From NCBI GenBank assembly GCA_002633005.1, contig NMRA01000327.1, positions 19,037-68,917 on the forward strand: 49,881 nucleotides of DNA, in the 5' to 3' direction. The stretch is from Phoronis australis. Taxonomy: Eukaryota > Animalia > Phoronida. The notes beneath the pieces were generated by a model. The model was not told the origin of the DNA. It saw only the letters and a program-made list of their open reading frames with translations, and searched no databases. Shown piece by piece: positions 1 through 13,500 of the stretch; within the stretch, counting starts at the first letter, position 1, and the number at the start of each line of letters is the position of its first letter. Made by a program: the position numbers and the translations under genes.

Positions 1-914
1 AAACAATAGTTAGCAGAAACTTGTAGTTACAACAATTTCTATTACAACACTTTCTATGAGTTAATCAAATAATCAAAGAACTGAGAATAGTTGTTTCTAA
101 AGTCAAAGTTTATAGTAAAACATCAAGAAACAAAGTTGTCTCTTACCAACGCTGGGTATCTGTGATATTTTTGAAGCAAGCAGCAGCCTCTCTCCAAGCA
201 ATATGAATTCTAGAGTAGCTAACAGAATATTTATACTGAACACAAGAAAGGTGGGCGAGATAATTCAAAACATGAAAACCCACAAACTTCCTCTAAATGC
301 TACATCTAGTTCCAAAACAATTCTCTGAACAAGGTCGCTGGTTCCAAACCAATTCTGTGAATCAATCTGCTGGACTCCAGCAATGAACCCAAGTCATTAC
401 CAATTGTGGCACAGGACAATCAAGAGTTGAGTAATTCCGATGGACAAATAACAGATTATTGTTGTTGTCGGAAATGCCTCATCCCAAAGCTGACAGGTTT
501 TCAAAGACTTTAAGTTTTTTACACAACTTGCAAAACAAGGCACAATTGTTATTATAAACATCCCACAACTGGTAACAGACATGTGGTGAATCACTTCCCA
601 TGAACTCCTAGGAGGTTACAAATTTTGGTAAACAACCAATATGTTTAATTAATTATACACTAGTCACTAAAATTGCATAACGTTGCTTTTAATTAGACTA
701 ATTATCTACAGCATCAAAAAAATGTCACCAACAAGAAACTTTCCGTGATGAATTTAGGAGTGATCGTGAACACTTTTCGCTCTCTCTTACTGATAACAAA
801 ACAATTTAAGAGGTAATCCTAAGAATTTTTATGTCCATGGAAACAATGATTAATTTCTGTTAGTGGTGTGTCAGTCATAGGTCACTGTAACTGATGATCC
901 ACAAGGCAAACAGT

Positions 915-1228
915 CAAAATTTTTATTACTAATATATTACAAGTAATTTCATCAAAATGTTTTATTACTAATATATTACAAGTAATTTCATCAAAATGTT
1001 TTATTACTAATATATTACAAGTAATTTCATCAAAATGTTTTATTACCAATATATTACAAGTAATTTCATCAAAATGTTTTATTAGCAATATATTACAAGT
1101 AATTTCATCAAAATGTTTTATTACCAATATATTACAAGTAATTTCATCAAAATGTTTTATTACTAATATATTACAAGTAATTTCATCAAAATGTTTTATT
1201 ACTAATATATTACAAGTAATTTCATCAA
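915..1228. repeat. 39-bp AT-rich minisatellite, ~8 copies
   Basis: Unit aaaatgttttattactaatatattacaagtaatttcatc, near-identical copies. Confidence 0.95.
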
Positions 1229-1408
1229 CACAGAACAATTTAGAAGTGTAACAATATAGTACTTACTACTGTCTGATGCCCATCATCAAATAACTAACTG
1301 GTAAGGATAATTTTTCACAATTAAAACTTTTTATTAGAACTTTGTGACCTCCATCGAAGTTCATGCAATTGAGACTCTGTGTCTTGTTTGTAGTTGCAGA
1401 ATCTAGAC

Positions 1409-1559
1409 ATGGCAGATGTTGTGAAGTCTAGTGGGGGGGAAATTGGCAAGGGTTGTGGTGATGATGACGATGACGATGATGTCATGGATGAAGAAGAAGA
1501 ATGTTGTGTAGCAGTGGTGGAGGAGGCCATGGTGTCAGCAGGGGCAAAGACGGAGAATG
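1409..1559 (+). CDS. NEK8/9-like exon 1 (acidic N-terminus [10 protein letters not shown]...[14 protein letters not shown])
   Basis: ATG 1409, donor GTAAGT at 1560, phase 1 matches next exon; start codon not certain. Confidence 0.6.
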
Positions 1560-4500
1560 GTAAGTTGTTGGTAAATTTAGTCCTCTTTCTTTGATGCTGG
1601 TTGTAGTGGTCTGTGATTGGGCCAAAAGGATTGAAACTATGGATATATCTCATTTTATCAGTTGCTTTATATGGTATTTTTTTGTAATATTTATTGTTAT
1701 ATTTTACAGAATAGATCGATCCTTTGGGAATGAGTTGACGTAAAAGTATAGGTCAGTGTATATACATGCATTCCGTAATACCAACTGTTTCAACTTAGAA
1801 CAAATCCTGAAAGCATTCTAAAGGTTTGCCAATATCTTCTTGCACAAGGTTATGATGAGTGTCTCTTGCCTCCCTCCATAGGGTCTTGACTGGAGGCTGT
1901 TGGCGGGAGTGAGTGCTGGGATAGAAAAACAGGTCTCTGCACTGATGGTTGGGACAATAAGCCTTTTAAATATGTCTTACTTCATGCTTTTGGTTTTGAC
2001 TACATGTACACTTTCCTATATAAAGTGCTTTGTCTTTTGCAGACATTGATGATAGTCCGTCTAGTGGCCCTCCCCGACTGGTCATCCTTTCTAATAAAGT
2101 AAAGAATTCATCTTCCATCCACAGTGCCTTATATGACAATGTTATGTCTGTTACATTTAAGTATGAGACTACATCACTGGATGGCCTTCTAGGTGTGTTA
2201 TCTATGTTGCAACATGTTTTACATGCATACTAGTCTTAGTGGTTGCTGAGCTTAAAATAAGGGGTAGTGAACTCAAAAATAGGTTCAGACTGTGCAGTCT
2301 TGGATGTAGAAATTCGAGGACTATGTTGCAGTGTGCAAATTTTGGCAAATTGTGAAATGAGAAGCACCTAAAGGTTAGTGTGTTGATCTGTATTACTTTT
2401 GTACAATTCCTGCTAGTATATGTAGTAAGGTTTGAACATTGCTTTCAGAAAGAGGCGATCTGTTAATTTTCAGACACATTTTTAAGAGTGCAATTGATTT
2501 CATAGGTGGTTATTTTTGACTGTAAACAAATCACACCCAGTGATATGTTTTGTTACGTATTTTGATTTGTTTCTGATTTTTCTGAAGGTGCATCCAGACC
2601 TAAGAGACAATGTTTTTTAAGTTCTCATTTTGTTGCATACTTTCTGAAATTTCAAGTGGCACGATGAATTCAGTAGACAACCAGTAGACTTTGACTAAGT
2701 ATTACAAGTACTTTACAGGTCTGGTTGCCCAACAGTTAGGGTCTACTAAGGTGCAGAGCATCGCCCTGCTACTTCATTCATCAGTTACCTGTGTTTACCT
2801 GTGTGGCAAGGATGAGAAGACAATCACCAAGGAAACAATCCTGGAGCAGCAGTCAGTGCGCGAGTTCTTCATCACACTGGTCGAAAACCATATAGACCGT
2901 ACGTGGGTCAACGCTCGTCTGGACTTCCTACAGTGTAATGTAGGTCAGGTGGTCGATGGGGGACTGATAGCGCGTGAGATAGAAGAGTTCCTACATATGC
3001 CTGTGGGCCTGTCAAAGGAATTGAGCGGTGCAGACATCCCCATGACCTGGATAGGGGATGAGGGTCATAGCTACCAGTGAGTGGAGAGCTTGACATGTAG
3101 ATGACTGCCTGAATTTTAAGCTTTGAGGTTATATGTTAAATTAAACTTTTCAGTATCTGGAGTGTGTAATGGACATTCTGCAGTAACCAATATAGTAGGA
3201 AAGTGAAAGATTGCTTTAAGCATATTTTGTTTTCTGATTTTTCATGTTACCATCATACATGTAGGTGTTGTGACTGAATATGACAGTAATGCTTCAACTG
3301 TCCTAGTGGCTCACACTCAAATGAAATAAAATGTTAATATAAGGCTGCAAAACTGCATATTGATGGTCTTCATTCACTGGAGCCACATGCTGAATCGGTG
3401 TCAATGTTCATTACTCTCTGTGCTAGACGTTTGGACAGTTGTGTACAGTGATACCACATCAAGATGCTAGTTTAACAAAAGATGGAAATAAAATCAGCAA
3501 AAGTGAGCAGTCGTGCTTTCAGTGGGCTATGTCATAAATATTGAAATCACAACCTGGGCACAGGGGAGATTAAAGGGTAGTAATGTCCTTTGAATATTTC
3601 TATTTGAAAAAAACCGATAACCCACGGATTCCATAATTCTGCAGCCAAACTAGAATTTTGAAAAGAAACATAGAGTAATATCACAAATGCCTGATTTTAA
3701 GGATCATGTACTGTCTCATGTTTTTAAAAGCTATTAACCTTTCATTATAAGCATGTGTTTCATTTCCAGAAATGTGGGCTCATTGTACTTTGCCATTGAC
3801 AAAGTAAAGAGCAATGGTAGTAGCCAACAGAGTCTCGCTGGCTTTGAGAAGATCCGCACAGTCGGAAAAGGTACTACAGTGTGTCTCACTGTAATCATGT
3901 TCTGCAACAATGCTAGTTTGCAATGAATACTTACAGAGGAACACATGTCTTAACTGAATGTGTGGTAATCCCTTTTAAATGCTGTTATATTCTTCTTAAT
4001 CGTTACGGACCCGTGGGATTAGTATCCCGACTTCGCTGAATTCGCTAGTTGGGATAGAGCTGTGTCGTTATCAGCTTGACACTGATAGCAAGGAGAGAAA
4101 GTTGGCAAACTAATATTTACGTAATCCAGCTCTCTCATTGTCTGCGTTCATCTGATAAGCTCACGTAATCCAGCAATTATGTTGAGGCAGTGACATGGAG
4201 CTGTGTCATTTGTGTTCAGTTTCTGTTTCATCTTATGTCAAAAAATTTTGGTTTTGGCTCTACTGCTGTTGATAATTTTCAGTATAGTTGACTCGTTTTG
4301 TTGAAGTTATGCTAAAAAACGTGCAAGGAAACTGGACAAATTGACACTAAATTGTTTGAAAATTCACTGAAATTTTTTTGCTCTGGAATTTGGCAATTTT
4401 CAACAAGTTGAGATGATGTCATCTTTTTGAAACTTACTGAAGCAGGTGTCATGGTGGACATTCATTGTTAAATGTACTCCTGTTTCTTTTTAAACTTCAG

Positions 4501-7500
4501 GTGCTTATGGTGCTGCTGTATTGTACAGGAAGAAAGATGATGACTCACTAGTCATACTCAAGGAAATCAACATGCATGATTTGAATGCTGGTGAACGCAC
4601 ATTAGCTTTAAATGAGGTAAGAGCTGTTTAGGAAAAGGTACACTGTGATCATGCAAGCGTCAAATGATCAAGTGTCTATTAGATTTATTGTATTTGGGAA
4701 GAAACCTGTCACTGAACATTCTGTGGTTCTATTTGATATTCAGAACTTTGTATGTACCGACAAAATATTTTGTGGTCACATTTAGTCAGCATCTCATCCT
4801 TGTTTTTTGTTGATTACTTCAAAAGCCACTTGACAGGTCATGATTACATTTAGTGCAGAGTCATACAGCTGGGATGGGCCAACGTTCAGCAATTTTTAAA
4901 CGGATTTGACTAATATGACACCCCTGTTGGCCATTTTAGTTTTCAATAAAAAATTCCTTGTCCGTCAATTTTTGGCAAAAGGACTAGATGAATTTTGTTG
5001 AAACTAGACATGAAAGTATGTGGTGAAATGTGACATCGCCAGCTTTTCAGGTGAACTCCACTCCTTAGCATCCGCTATAGGCAAATTTTGAACTCTCTAC
5101 TAGATTTTCCTTGTCTGTGGATAATTGTCGTAATGGCTATACATAATTTGATAAAATTTAACTCAATTGTTTGTGACTGGAATGCACTGGCAACTGTCAC
5201 TTTTTGGAGAGGTTCGACTGTCGTGGCACCCCTTGATGACCAAACTAGTTTTTTTACAATATATTGCTTACCGGTTAATTATTTGTCATAACAGGTTGAC
5301 AGATTTTGAAGGAACCTGACACAAGTTAAATGACAGAGATGGGCTGGCACATGTCTAATTTTTGCCCAAAGATTTAGTTGCTGTAGCAACGGTCCCTGTT
5401 GGCTAATCAGTTTTCGACAGGATTTTCTTTGTCCATTGATTGTTGTTAGTGGCTTACCAGATTTTGATTGAAGATATATGATTCATAGGTGGGGGCATCA
5501 GTTGATTTTCAGATGGATACGAGTGCACCACCTGTTGGCCTTTTCAATTTTGGCAAGAAATTCATTGTGTGTTGATTATTTTCAAAATGTTGAGACAGAT
5601 ATGGCCAAATTAGTCTAATGACAGTGTACTAAGAAACACCCCTAGAACGATAGCATTTGCGGTGCAGTTGTGGCCTTATTGCAATGCTTTGCTCTTATTA
5701 AAAATGTTTTATGTTACTAGCTGTGTTTAGTTGTTTCCATTTGAAGTTTTCTACCATGCTAGCTACAGATGTTTTGTTTCATTAACATTTTGACATTTTT
5801 TTTCTGATGAATCAAAGATTTCTGTTAACTTTATTAAACATTTAACACAACTAGAAACAATGTGGAATGTTTTCTTTTTTAAATATCCTCACCTCAGTTT
5901 TTTGTTTTATCGAATTTTCTCTTGTCACCATCGTACATTTCCGAAATGTCTTGACAGCGAGTATCAGAGTGCTGTTTACTGCTAGTCATTATTAGTATTT
6001 ATGATGGGTTGTGCTATTTCATTTTCAGATCAAAGTGTTAGCGATGCTGGATCATCCAAATATTATCAGTTATTACGACAGTTTTGAAGAAGACGGAACA
6101 CTCATGATTGAAATGGAATATGCTGATGGAGGGTAATCATTTTTATAAAAGGGAGATTAATCATTTTTATAAAAGAAAATAAAATCATTTCGTGTGTTAT
6201 GGTAGAATACATGTAGGAAGCTCTGATGTCACATTCTTATACGAGTTGTCTTGTAGCCAAATGTGTTACTGGACTTGCATTCTTTGATTGCACATGGTGG
6301 TTGAACCCTTATCTGAGGCTCTTGAATCACTGGATATTACAACTTTTTAAAAAAAAGATGGAAATCCCTTGAAAGATTCACCCAGTCACACTTCCTGTAA
6401 AGCAAATCTTTAACAGATACACATTGTCAAATAGGCTGACTTTTATAGCTGTGTGTTGTCAAAAAGGTCTACTGTACTCTGATAACATTGCTTCATTCAA
6501 ACATGCTTTTCTGAAAATTTGACAAGCTTTGTTACCAATAATTTTCATTTCATTCTGATTGACAAAATAGAGGATGGTGATCGAGTTTCATTTGTAGAAC
6601 AATTATGTGATCATAGACAAACACCTGGTAAAGCTCACAGAGTCAACAGCTGTGTGTTTTACTCTTGTCTCTGTCTTCAATTAAACACATTATTTGTATT
6701 TGCCTGTCAGTTATTCATAGAACCACAAGGTTTATTCGTGAAGATTGTATGTAACACATCTTGTCAATTTTTCAACAAAACCTAACAAATTTTCTATACA
6801 CCACATCATTGTGGGCCATTCCTGCTTTGAGATTATATAAAACTGAATACTGTCCCATCTATTCACTTGTTAAAGTGATGGTGTGACTATACCAGCTGTT
6901 CATCTTCTGACCTGAGTCCACCATACCCTTTTAGGGTGAACACGTCCACCCACATCTCTTATGGCAGTGATCTGTATGTGATTTCAGGAATCTGGCTCAG
7001 TTTCTCGCTGGTCGAGACAAGCCGCTGGAAGAGAAAGAAATACTAACCATCATGCAACAGTTGGTGGCTGCAATAAGACATATCCATGAGCATAATATAT
7101 TACACAGGTAAAGTTACCACTTAGTTTGGATTTGATTATTCAGCTTTAATTCTGCTACGTGGTCATTGAGATGATTGAATGAATGTGAACCATAGTTTAA
7201 CTGGTTGATGTGAAGTATATTGAATGAATGTGAACCATAGTTTAAGTGAATAAGGTGAAGAACATTCATTTGAATGTGAACCATAGTTTAGCTGGATAAT
7301 GTGAAGTATATTGAATGAATGTGAACAATAGTTTAGCTGAATAATGTGAAGTACATTGAATGAATGTGAACCATAGCTTAACTGAATAATGTAAAGTGGA
7401 TTGAGTAAATGTGAACCATAGTTGAGCTGAATAATGTAAAGTGCATTGAATGATTGTTATACATAGTTTAGCTGGATAATGTGAAGTACATTGAACGAAT

Positions 7501-10500
7501 GTGAACCATAGTTTAGCTGAATAATGTGAAGTTGATTGAATGAATGTGAAGCATAATTTACCTGAATAATGTGAAGTGCATCGAATGAATGTGAACCATA
7601 GTGTAGCTGAATAATGTGAAGTGCATTGAATGTGAACCATAGTTTAGATGAATAATATGAAGTACATTGAATGAATGTGAACCATAGTTTAGCTGAATAA
7701 TGGGCCAGAAGGTGTACTTTGATTTCCTTGATGATTTGATCAGAAGCTCATTTCTGTGCTCTCTTTTCAGAGATCTGAAGACAGCAAACATATTTTTAAC
7801 TAAAGATGGCATTGTTAAAGTGGGAGACTTTGGTATTGCCAAAATGCTGACCACTGCCAACAAGGGTGCCAACACTGTCCTTGGGACACCATATTACATC
7901 AGTCCTGAGATGGTATGTCTTGATGTTTTGTGTTAAATACAGTCACAAGAAACATGCTTTTATTGAGAGAGGCAGAAAGCCTTCATGCCTGGCCAGTATT
8001 TTATGTATGTCTGCACATATTTTAGTGAATACTTTGTCTTTTGGTGGCTGTTGAGCATTCAAATAAAATCTAGATCTATGTTTAGTAAGTTGAGTCATTT
8101 GATAAGTAAACATGTTGCTTACATTCTAGTCTTATTTCAAATTCCATTTGATTGCAGTGTGAGGGAAAAGCTTATAATGACAAGTCGGATGTTTGGGCTC
8201 TGGGGTGTATAATGTATGAAATGGCATGCCTTCAGAAGACGTTTGAAGGCTCTAACCTGCCAGCACTTGTCAACAAAATCATGAAGGTAAGGCAGTGTCT
8301 CATATTTACAGGATGATTTTCCAGCCTTCCATCTCGTTGGTTAAACTTTCAATTTCTGCTTGTCGTTAGTGTTTTGAAGGCAATTAAAAGTGTCTTCTGT
8401 GATTAATGTTTCTGGGATTCCGTCAAAATTTCTGTCATAATTTAACCCGGATCTTGCATAGTTATCGTTCTTTGTATGCAGGGCCAGTTTGCTCCAGTGA
8501 AGGGGAACTATAGGTCAGAATTCAAGAACTTAATCAAAGACATGTTGGAGCGAGAACCTCAGTACAGGCCAACGGCTCATGAGCTGTGGAATAGGAGGTT
8601 ACCTGAGGTGAGCATGTCTCCTGTGAGATTAGCATGCTCAATGTGAGGTGAGCTTGTCCTGTGTGAGGCGAGCGTGTCCTGTGTGAGTTGAGTGTGTTTG
8701 GGATGAGGCAAGCGTGTCCTGTGGGAGATTAGCGTTTCAGTGTGAGATGAGTATGTCATGTGTGACGTTAGCGTGTCCAGTATGAGGTGAATGTGTCCAT
8801 TCCGCACAATGTTCAATTTGGTACTTTTTTGTCTGTATCGTTTAAGTATTCTCTTGATGTACAGTGATAACGTGTTGACATCCCAAAGAAAGTATAAAAG
8901 TGCTGTGAAATACTACTGTCTTAATCCTCGTCCAAAATCGCAAAAATGAATTGTTAACTTTGAATATTGTTGATTGAGTTGTCTTATCATCATCTAGCAA
9001 TTGTGCATATTTCCTTATGTCACCACTGCCTTACATAATTTTGCTTTAATCCCTAAGTTAATTTCAGAATCTAGTCTCAGCTGATTTCGATTTTTCTTTA
9101 CATCTAATGCAAATGATCCACAGAGAGCAATGTGGAATATGCACTTCGATTACATTAGGTTACACAACAAGGTACCATGTTGTCATTAAAGTGCTTAAAA
9201 CCACGATTAACCTCGACTACATTGTCATCATCATTAAACCTCCTTTATAGCACTGCATATTACAATCCTGAATTCAATATTCCAAAATGAGAGAATAGAA
9301 GAAAAGCACTTCAGCAGAAAATTTCTAAGCTCCACAAACATGAGTGTGTTATATGACTACCCAGCACCAGTGTGTCCTGTCTATCAACACGCAAATTTAT
9401 TGTACAAACGTGTGCCTTATCCGTGCTTCTCTGATGTCCCGCAGGAAAATGAAAAGAGCCACAACATGGTCAAATACCAAGTTGTCATGACAACCACAAA
9501 TGCAACACCTTGGCTTTTCTTGTTGTACCATGAATTATGAGAAAATGAGCAACAATATCTGTCGACTTTTCACACTTAACGAAATGGAGTATGGCTAGTG
9601 CTGTGTTTGGTTGTCCTGCTTTCATGTAGTATGCTTTGACCAATAAGTACTTGGTAACTCAAGATTACTGTCAGATAATGTTAGCAGCAGATCGACTTCT
9701 GGGTTTGACATGAAATTGGTGATTTTAAACACTTTTAAGGCTTTTGAAATACTTGAAATTAATCTTTTCAGTTGTGAAATGCGTAAGTTAGTTAGTTAAT
9801 AAAGTCCCCATAACTTACATTGTAAAACTGCGTGGAATATTTGTGTTTCAGCTGCTGCTTAAGTATAATGATCCGCACACAGACAATGAAGATGACCTGG
9901 CCAGCTCTACTGATGGTAATCAAGTCAGGAAGAAAATAAGGTAGATATGGATTAACTTGAAGACGTGTCGGACAGAATAGAGGCTTGCTTGCTTATTAAC
10001 TTGTAAAACACTGTCGGGATGTGTTATTGATCCCAAAACTGCTGGTGGAGTAAGGCCTTCCCGGGTTATACAGTGACATTATTTTAAATTTTGCTGTATT
10101 TACCCACAATGCTGCAACATCCGTCAGGCACTTTGTAGCCCCGTTTTTGTGCCATTGAAGGTCATTTCTTTGTTATTGTCATATTCTTTACATTGCCAAG
10201 TTTTTCTTGGCTGGATTAATCTATTTGCCCTTCCAGTGCCATTGAAATATTACCGCTGTGTGTTGCATTGCAATTTCTGGTGGCAGACAGTTGGATAAAC
10301 TCGACAAATCCATGGATGCGTGATGTTAACATTGCCTTCCTGACATCAATCAAAAAGTAGAAACTGCAGGGCGAGTGCATAAAGCAAGTTCATCGAGTTA
10401 ATTTTGAACTTAACAGATTCTTCTTTCTTGGAGATACCTTTTTAATTCCTGAACTTTTGATGGGTTGAAATCGGAAATTTTCCATGGCCATATACCTTGA

Positions 10501-13500
10501 CGGTTTGTGACACGACCTATGGAAATGTTCCTGACATTCCAAAATGAGTTCAACGAAAGCAATACGCTTCTTTACCTACAGGACAAAGAAGAGTTTTATT
10601 GCTGTGTAATCCGGGTTGGCCTTGTTCTTCCCCAATACCTCGTGAAGAAACAACTTCTTCATTGCGACTGGATTTTGTTTTAACGTGGTAGAAAAATGGA
10701 AAAGTTAACTGATTAATGTAGTTGGTTAAAATATTAATACTTCGTCAAAACTGTAGTTAGAACTCTGTTACAATAAACTTCGCCAGACCTGTCTAAATCA
10801 TTAGTTGTAACAGAGGTTCGCTGTAATCAAATCAACCTTTTAGAGAAAATAGTATTCATGGTTGACTGTAAAGTTGGTGAAGTTACACATTGGCACATAG
10901 AAACAGTTTAAAGCTGTTGTGCAGTACAAAAAATTGGAATTTATTGTGGAATGGAACATTACAAGCCAGCAAATGGTAGCTTGCTACTGCTTTGTTTTTC
11001 AAGGAACTACATGAGGCAGATCTGAGTGTGATAAAGTCATTGGTCTAAAATAATGAACAGGTATTCTCTTTGGTGTTTAAAGTATTTATTGGCTTATGTA
11101 CTGTGTTACAGCCAACATAAACTTCACTTCTATTTTCATTTCTGCATGATCGTATGATTTATCTTTCAATTTCAGAATATGTGCTGTGTTACTTGGATTG
11201 TCTTGAATTATTTTGCACTTCCAGATCTGTTCTTTATTACCTGGAGACAGATGATGTCAATCTCATGCCTATTGAGCTTCCACCAAAGATCAAAATTAGA
11301 CAGGTACAAGTCTATGTAATGTGATATCTTTTAAGTAAGTTCTGTTAGGTTGCTGATGACTTAGTTTATTCATAGAGTTTGTTTGGTTCAGAGTTTTAGT
11401 GTCATTGTCACTTTTCTTACACACAGTGTATAATTTAAAAAGTAATTGTATCTTTTAATTAGGATTCCTTATAAAATTAACACTCTCTGAAGTTGAATAT
11501 TTTTCAGATGTTCTAAACTTAGAAAATTAGACTTACCGTATTCGCCCTAATAAGCACCCAGGTTGTTTAGAAAAATTCGCTTCAGGAAGGGGGCACTTAT
11601 TATAGCCCAAAAGTGGTTGAAACCCGGTCTCCGAAACAGGAAAAATTGTAAGTTATAATTCATCAAATTTGCGCTCTGTGACGCATCTGTAACCTATGAC
11701 AGAGTTTCTACAAAATTGCAGTGCAATGCTATCAAACTTTTTTATTAAATTACGAGAATTTTTCAGAAAATCCCAGTGCAAAAACTCACCGACTGATGTG
11801 TGGCTGCCTCATGATCGCCGATAGATCAACTTGAATTTTTGAGTAAAAGTTTTGACTCCTCCTTAAGTTTTCAAAATAGTGTCCCTAAGACTTTTAAGTT
11901 CCTGTGGAGTCGGGATTAACTGCACATTAAGTCCAAATCTGCTCTAGATCATACTCCGCAACATGAGAAAAATCTCTGGATGAACACACATGTTGTTGTC
12001 ACGTGATGTTTGTTTTGAGGGTTGTCTGCGTATTGTGTGAGTGAGTGAGCACGTGCGTGTCATCAGAGTTCATTTACCAGAGTAAACACGATATAACGAT
12101 CTAGGTGTGCATTGTAGCTCAGGAAATGAACTCAAGTAATAAAGCAGAATGTTTTAATTATCACTTGTTGGTCTCATCTGCTAAAAAACGTCAGAGAATT
12201 TTACTCGGTAAGATCGATGTCTTTGAGTCGCCTGATGACTGGATGCATGACAGTCTAACAGTTATTTTCGGGAGATTCAGTGGGTGTTAGGGTGTGGAAG
12301 TGTTCACTATCAGTGGGTCATTTTGACTTCGTTTTTTACGGTATTAGAAACTTTTGGGAATAATTGCCAGTATTTATTTCTTGCTGATGCTATGCTACCC
12401 GTTTCATGAATAGATAGTTCCCGAAGACTAATCTTCGATGACAAAAACTTGAATGTAGCATGCGCTTCCTGGCCACGTGCTTTTAACTGAACAAAAATCA
12501 AGTTTTTATTAGTCTTTGATTTTTGGTTTTCACGTGTAGAAAGAAACTTGGATTCCTGTTGAGGGAGAAGATCCGGTATGGGAAAGATACAATACAATCC
12601 CTTTGACATGTACGTTGCATCTGTTCTGAAAGGCCAGACCAGACTATAATAGGTCACGTCCCTCGCAAGATCAGCAAAACTTCCGTTCATTTTGAAGCAC
12701 GGTGGAAGTTTGAAGTGTATAGTCATGGCTAAATACCAACATAGCGGCGAGGCTCGTGGTCTACAAATTCTGCACACAATGATTTTTTCAGGACTGTCGA
12801 ATCTTATTGATAAATGTTACTGTAGATAGGCATTTTTCACATGTACATGGTGTTCATTGACTGGGGGCTTATTTTAGCAAAGTCTGAAAATGTGTGGGGA
12901 GCACTTATAGGGGCATGGGCGCTTATTAGGGCGAATACAGTAAGTGATTCTTTAAAAGGCAAATTTACTTTGAATTTGGATATTATGCAGCGTTGTTTTT
13001 TGCAGGTTGCTATAAGCAATGACCACACAATTGTCGTGACCAATGAGCGATCAGTATATAGCTGGGGTGAAGGGTCAAAAGGTCAACTAGGACATGGAGA
13101 TCTTGAACCTCGTTACAATCCTCAGCTTGTGGAGGCATTGAATGGCAAATCCATTACAAAGTGAGCATCTCATGGTGTATGATCATTTTAGAGCTGCCGT
13201 GTTGCCTACCCAACCCTTATAATTCATTGATTAGAAAACTGGGAACATTCTTAAGATTGCTGAGACCAGCCTGGTATATTTCCTAAGTGTCACACGGCCT
13301 ACAGTACATGTTAAATATTATTGACAGAGTTGCTGTCATGGTGACTGAGTAAAAAAGAAATGTAAGAGGAATTGGCATGACCTTCTGTGATAGACAAATG
13401 GAATTTTGTTTGACCATTTCTGGTGTATTCTGTACAGACTGTTCACTAAAAAATCTCTTCATCTCGGTAGGTATAGTGTCTTACAGACTACTGTTTGACC

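Noticed and set aside
1-600. Possible upstream coding exon
   Set aside because: No sustained frame with plausible splice sites or recognisable motifs.
882-1238. 118-aa repetitive ORF / CRISPR-like array
   Set aside because: Translation of a 39-bp tandem repeat with no unique spacers; eukaryotic context and no cas genes.
1321-1653. 110-aa Ser-rich minus-strand ORF
   Set aside because: Antisense shadow of the GAT/GAA-rich NEK exon 1.
1882-1932. Possible extra NEK exon after ccctccatAG
   Set aside because: Immediate TGA in the required phase; exons 1 and 2 join without it.
4000-4200. CpG-richer stretch as a tRNA/SINE
   Set aside because: No convincing A/B boxes or cloverleaf; may be a repeat fragment but I cannot support a call.
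7266-7640. 124-aa ORF with 15-aa periodicity
   Set aside because: Product of the 45-bp intronic minisatellite.
12310-12777. 155-aa minus-strand ORF in the transposon
   Set aside because: No recognisable motifs; the meaningful HIRAN-like signal is on the plus strand.
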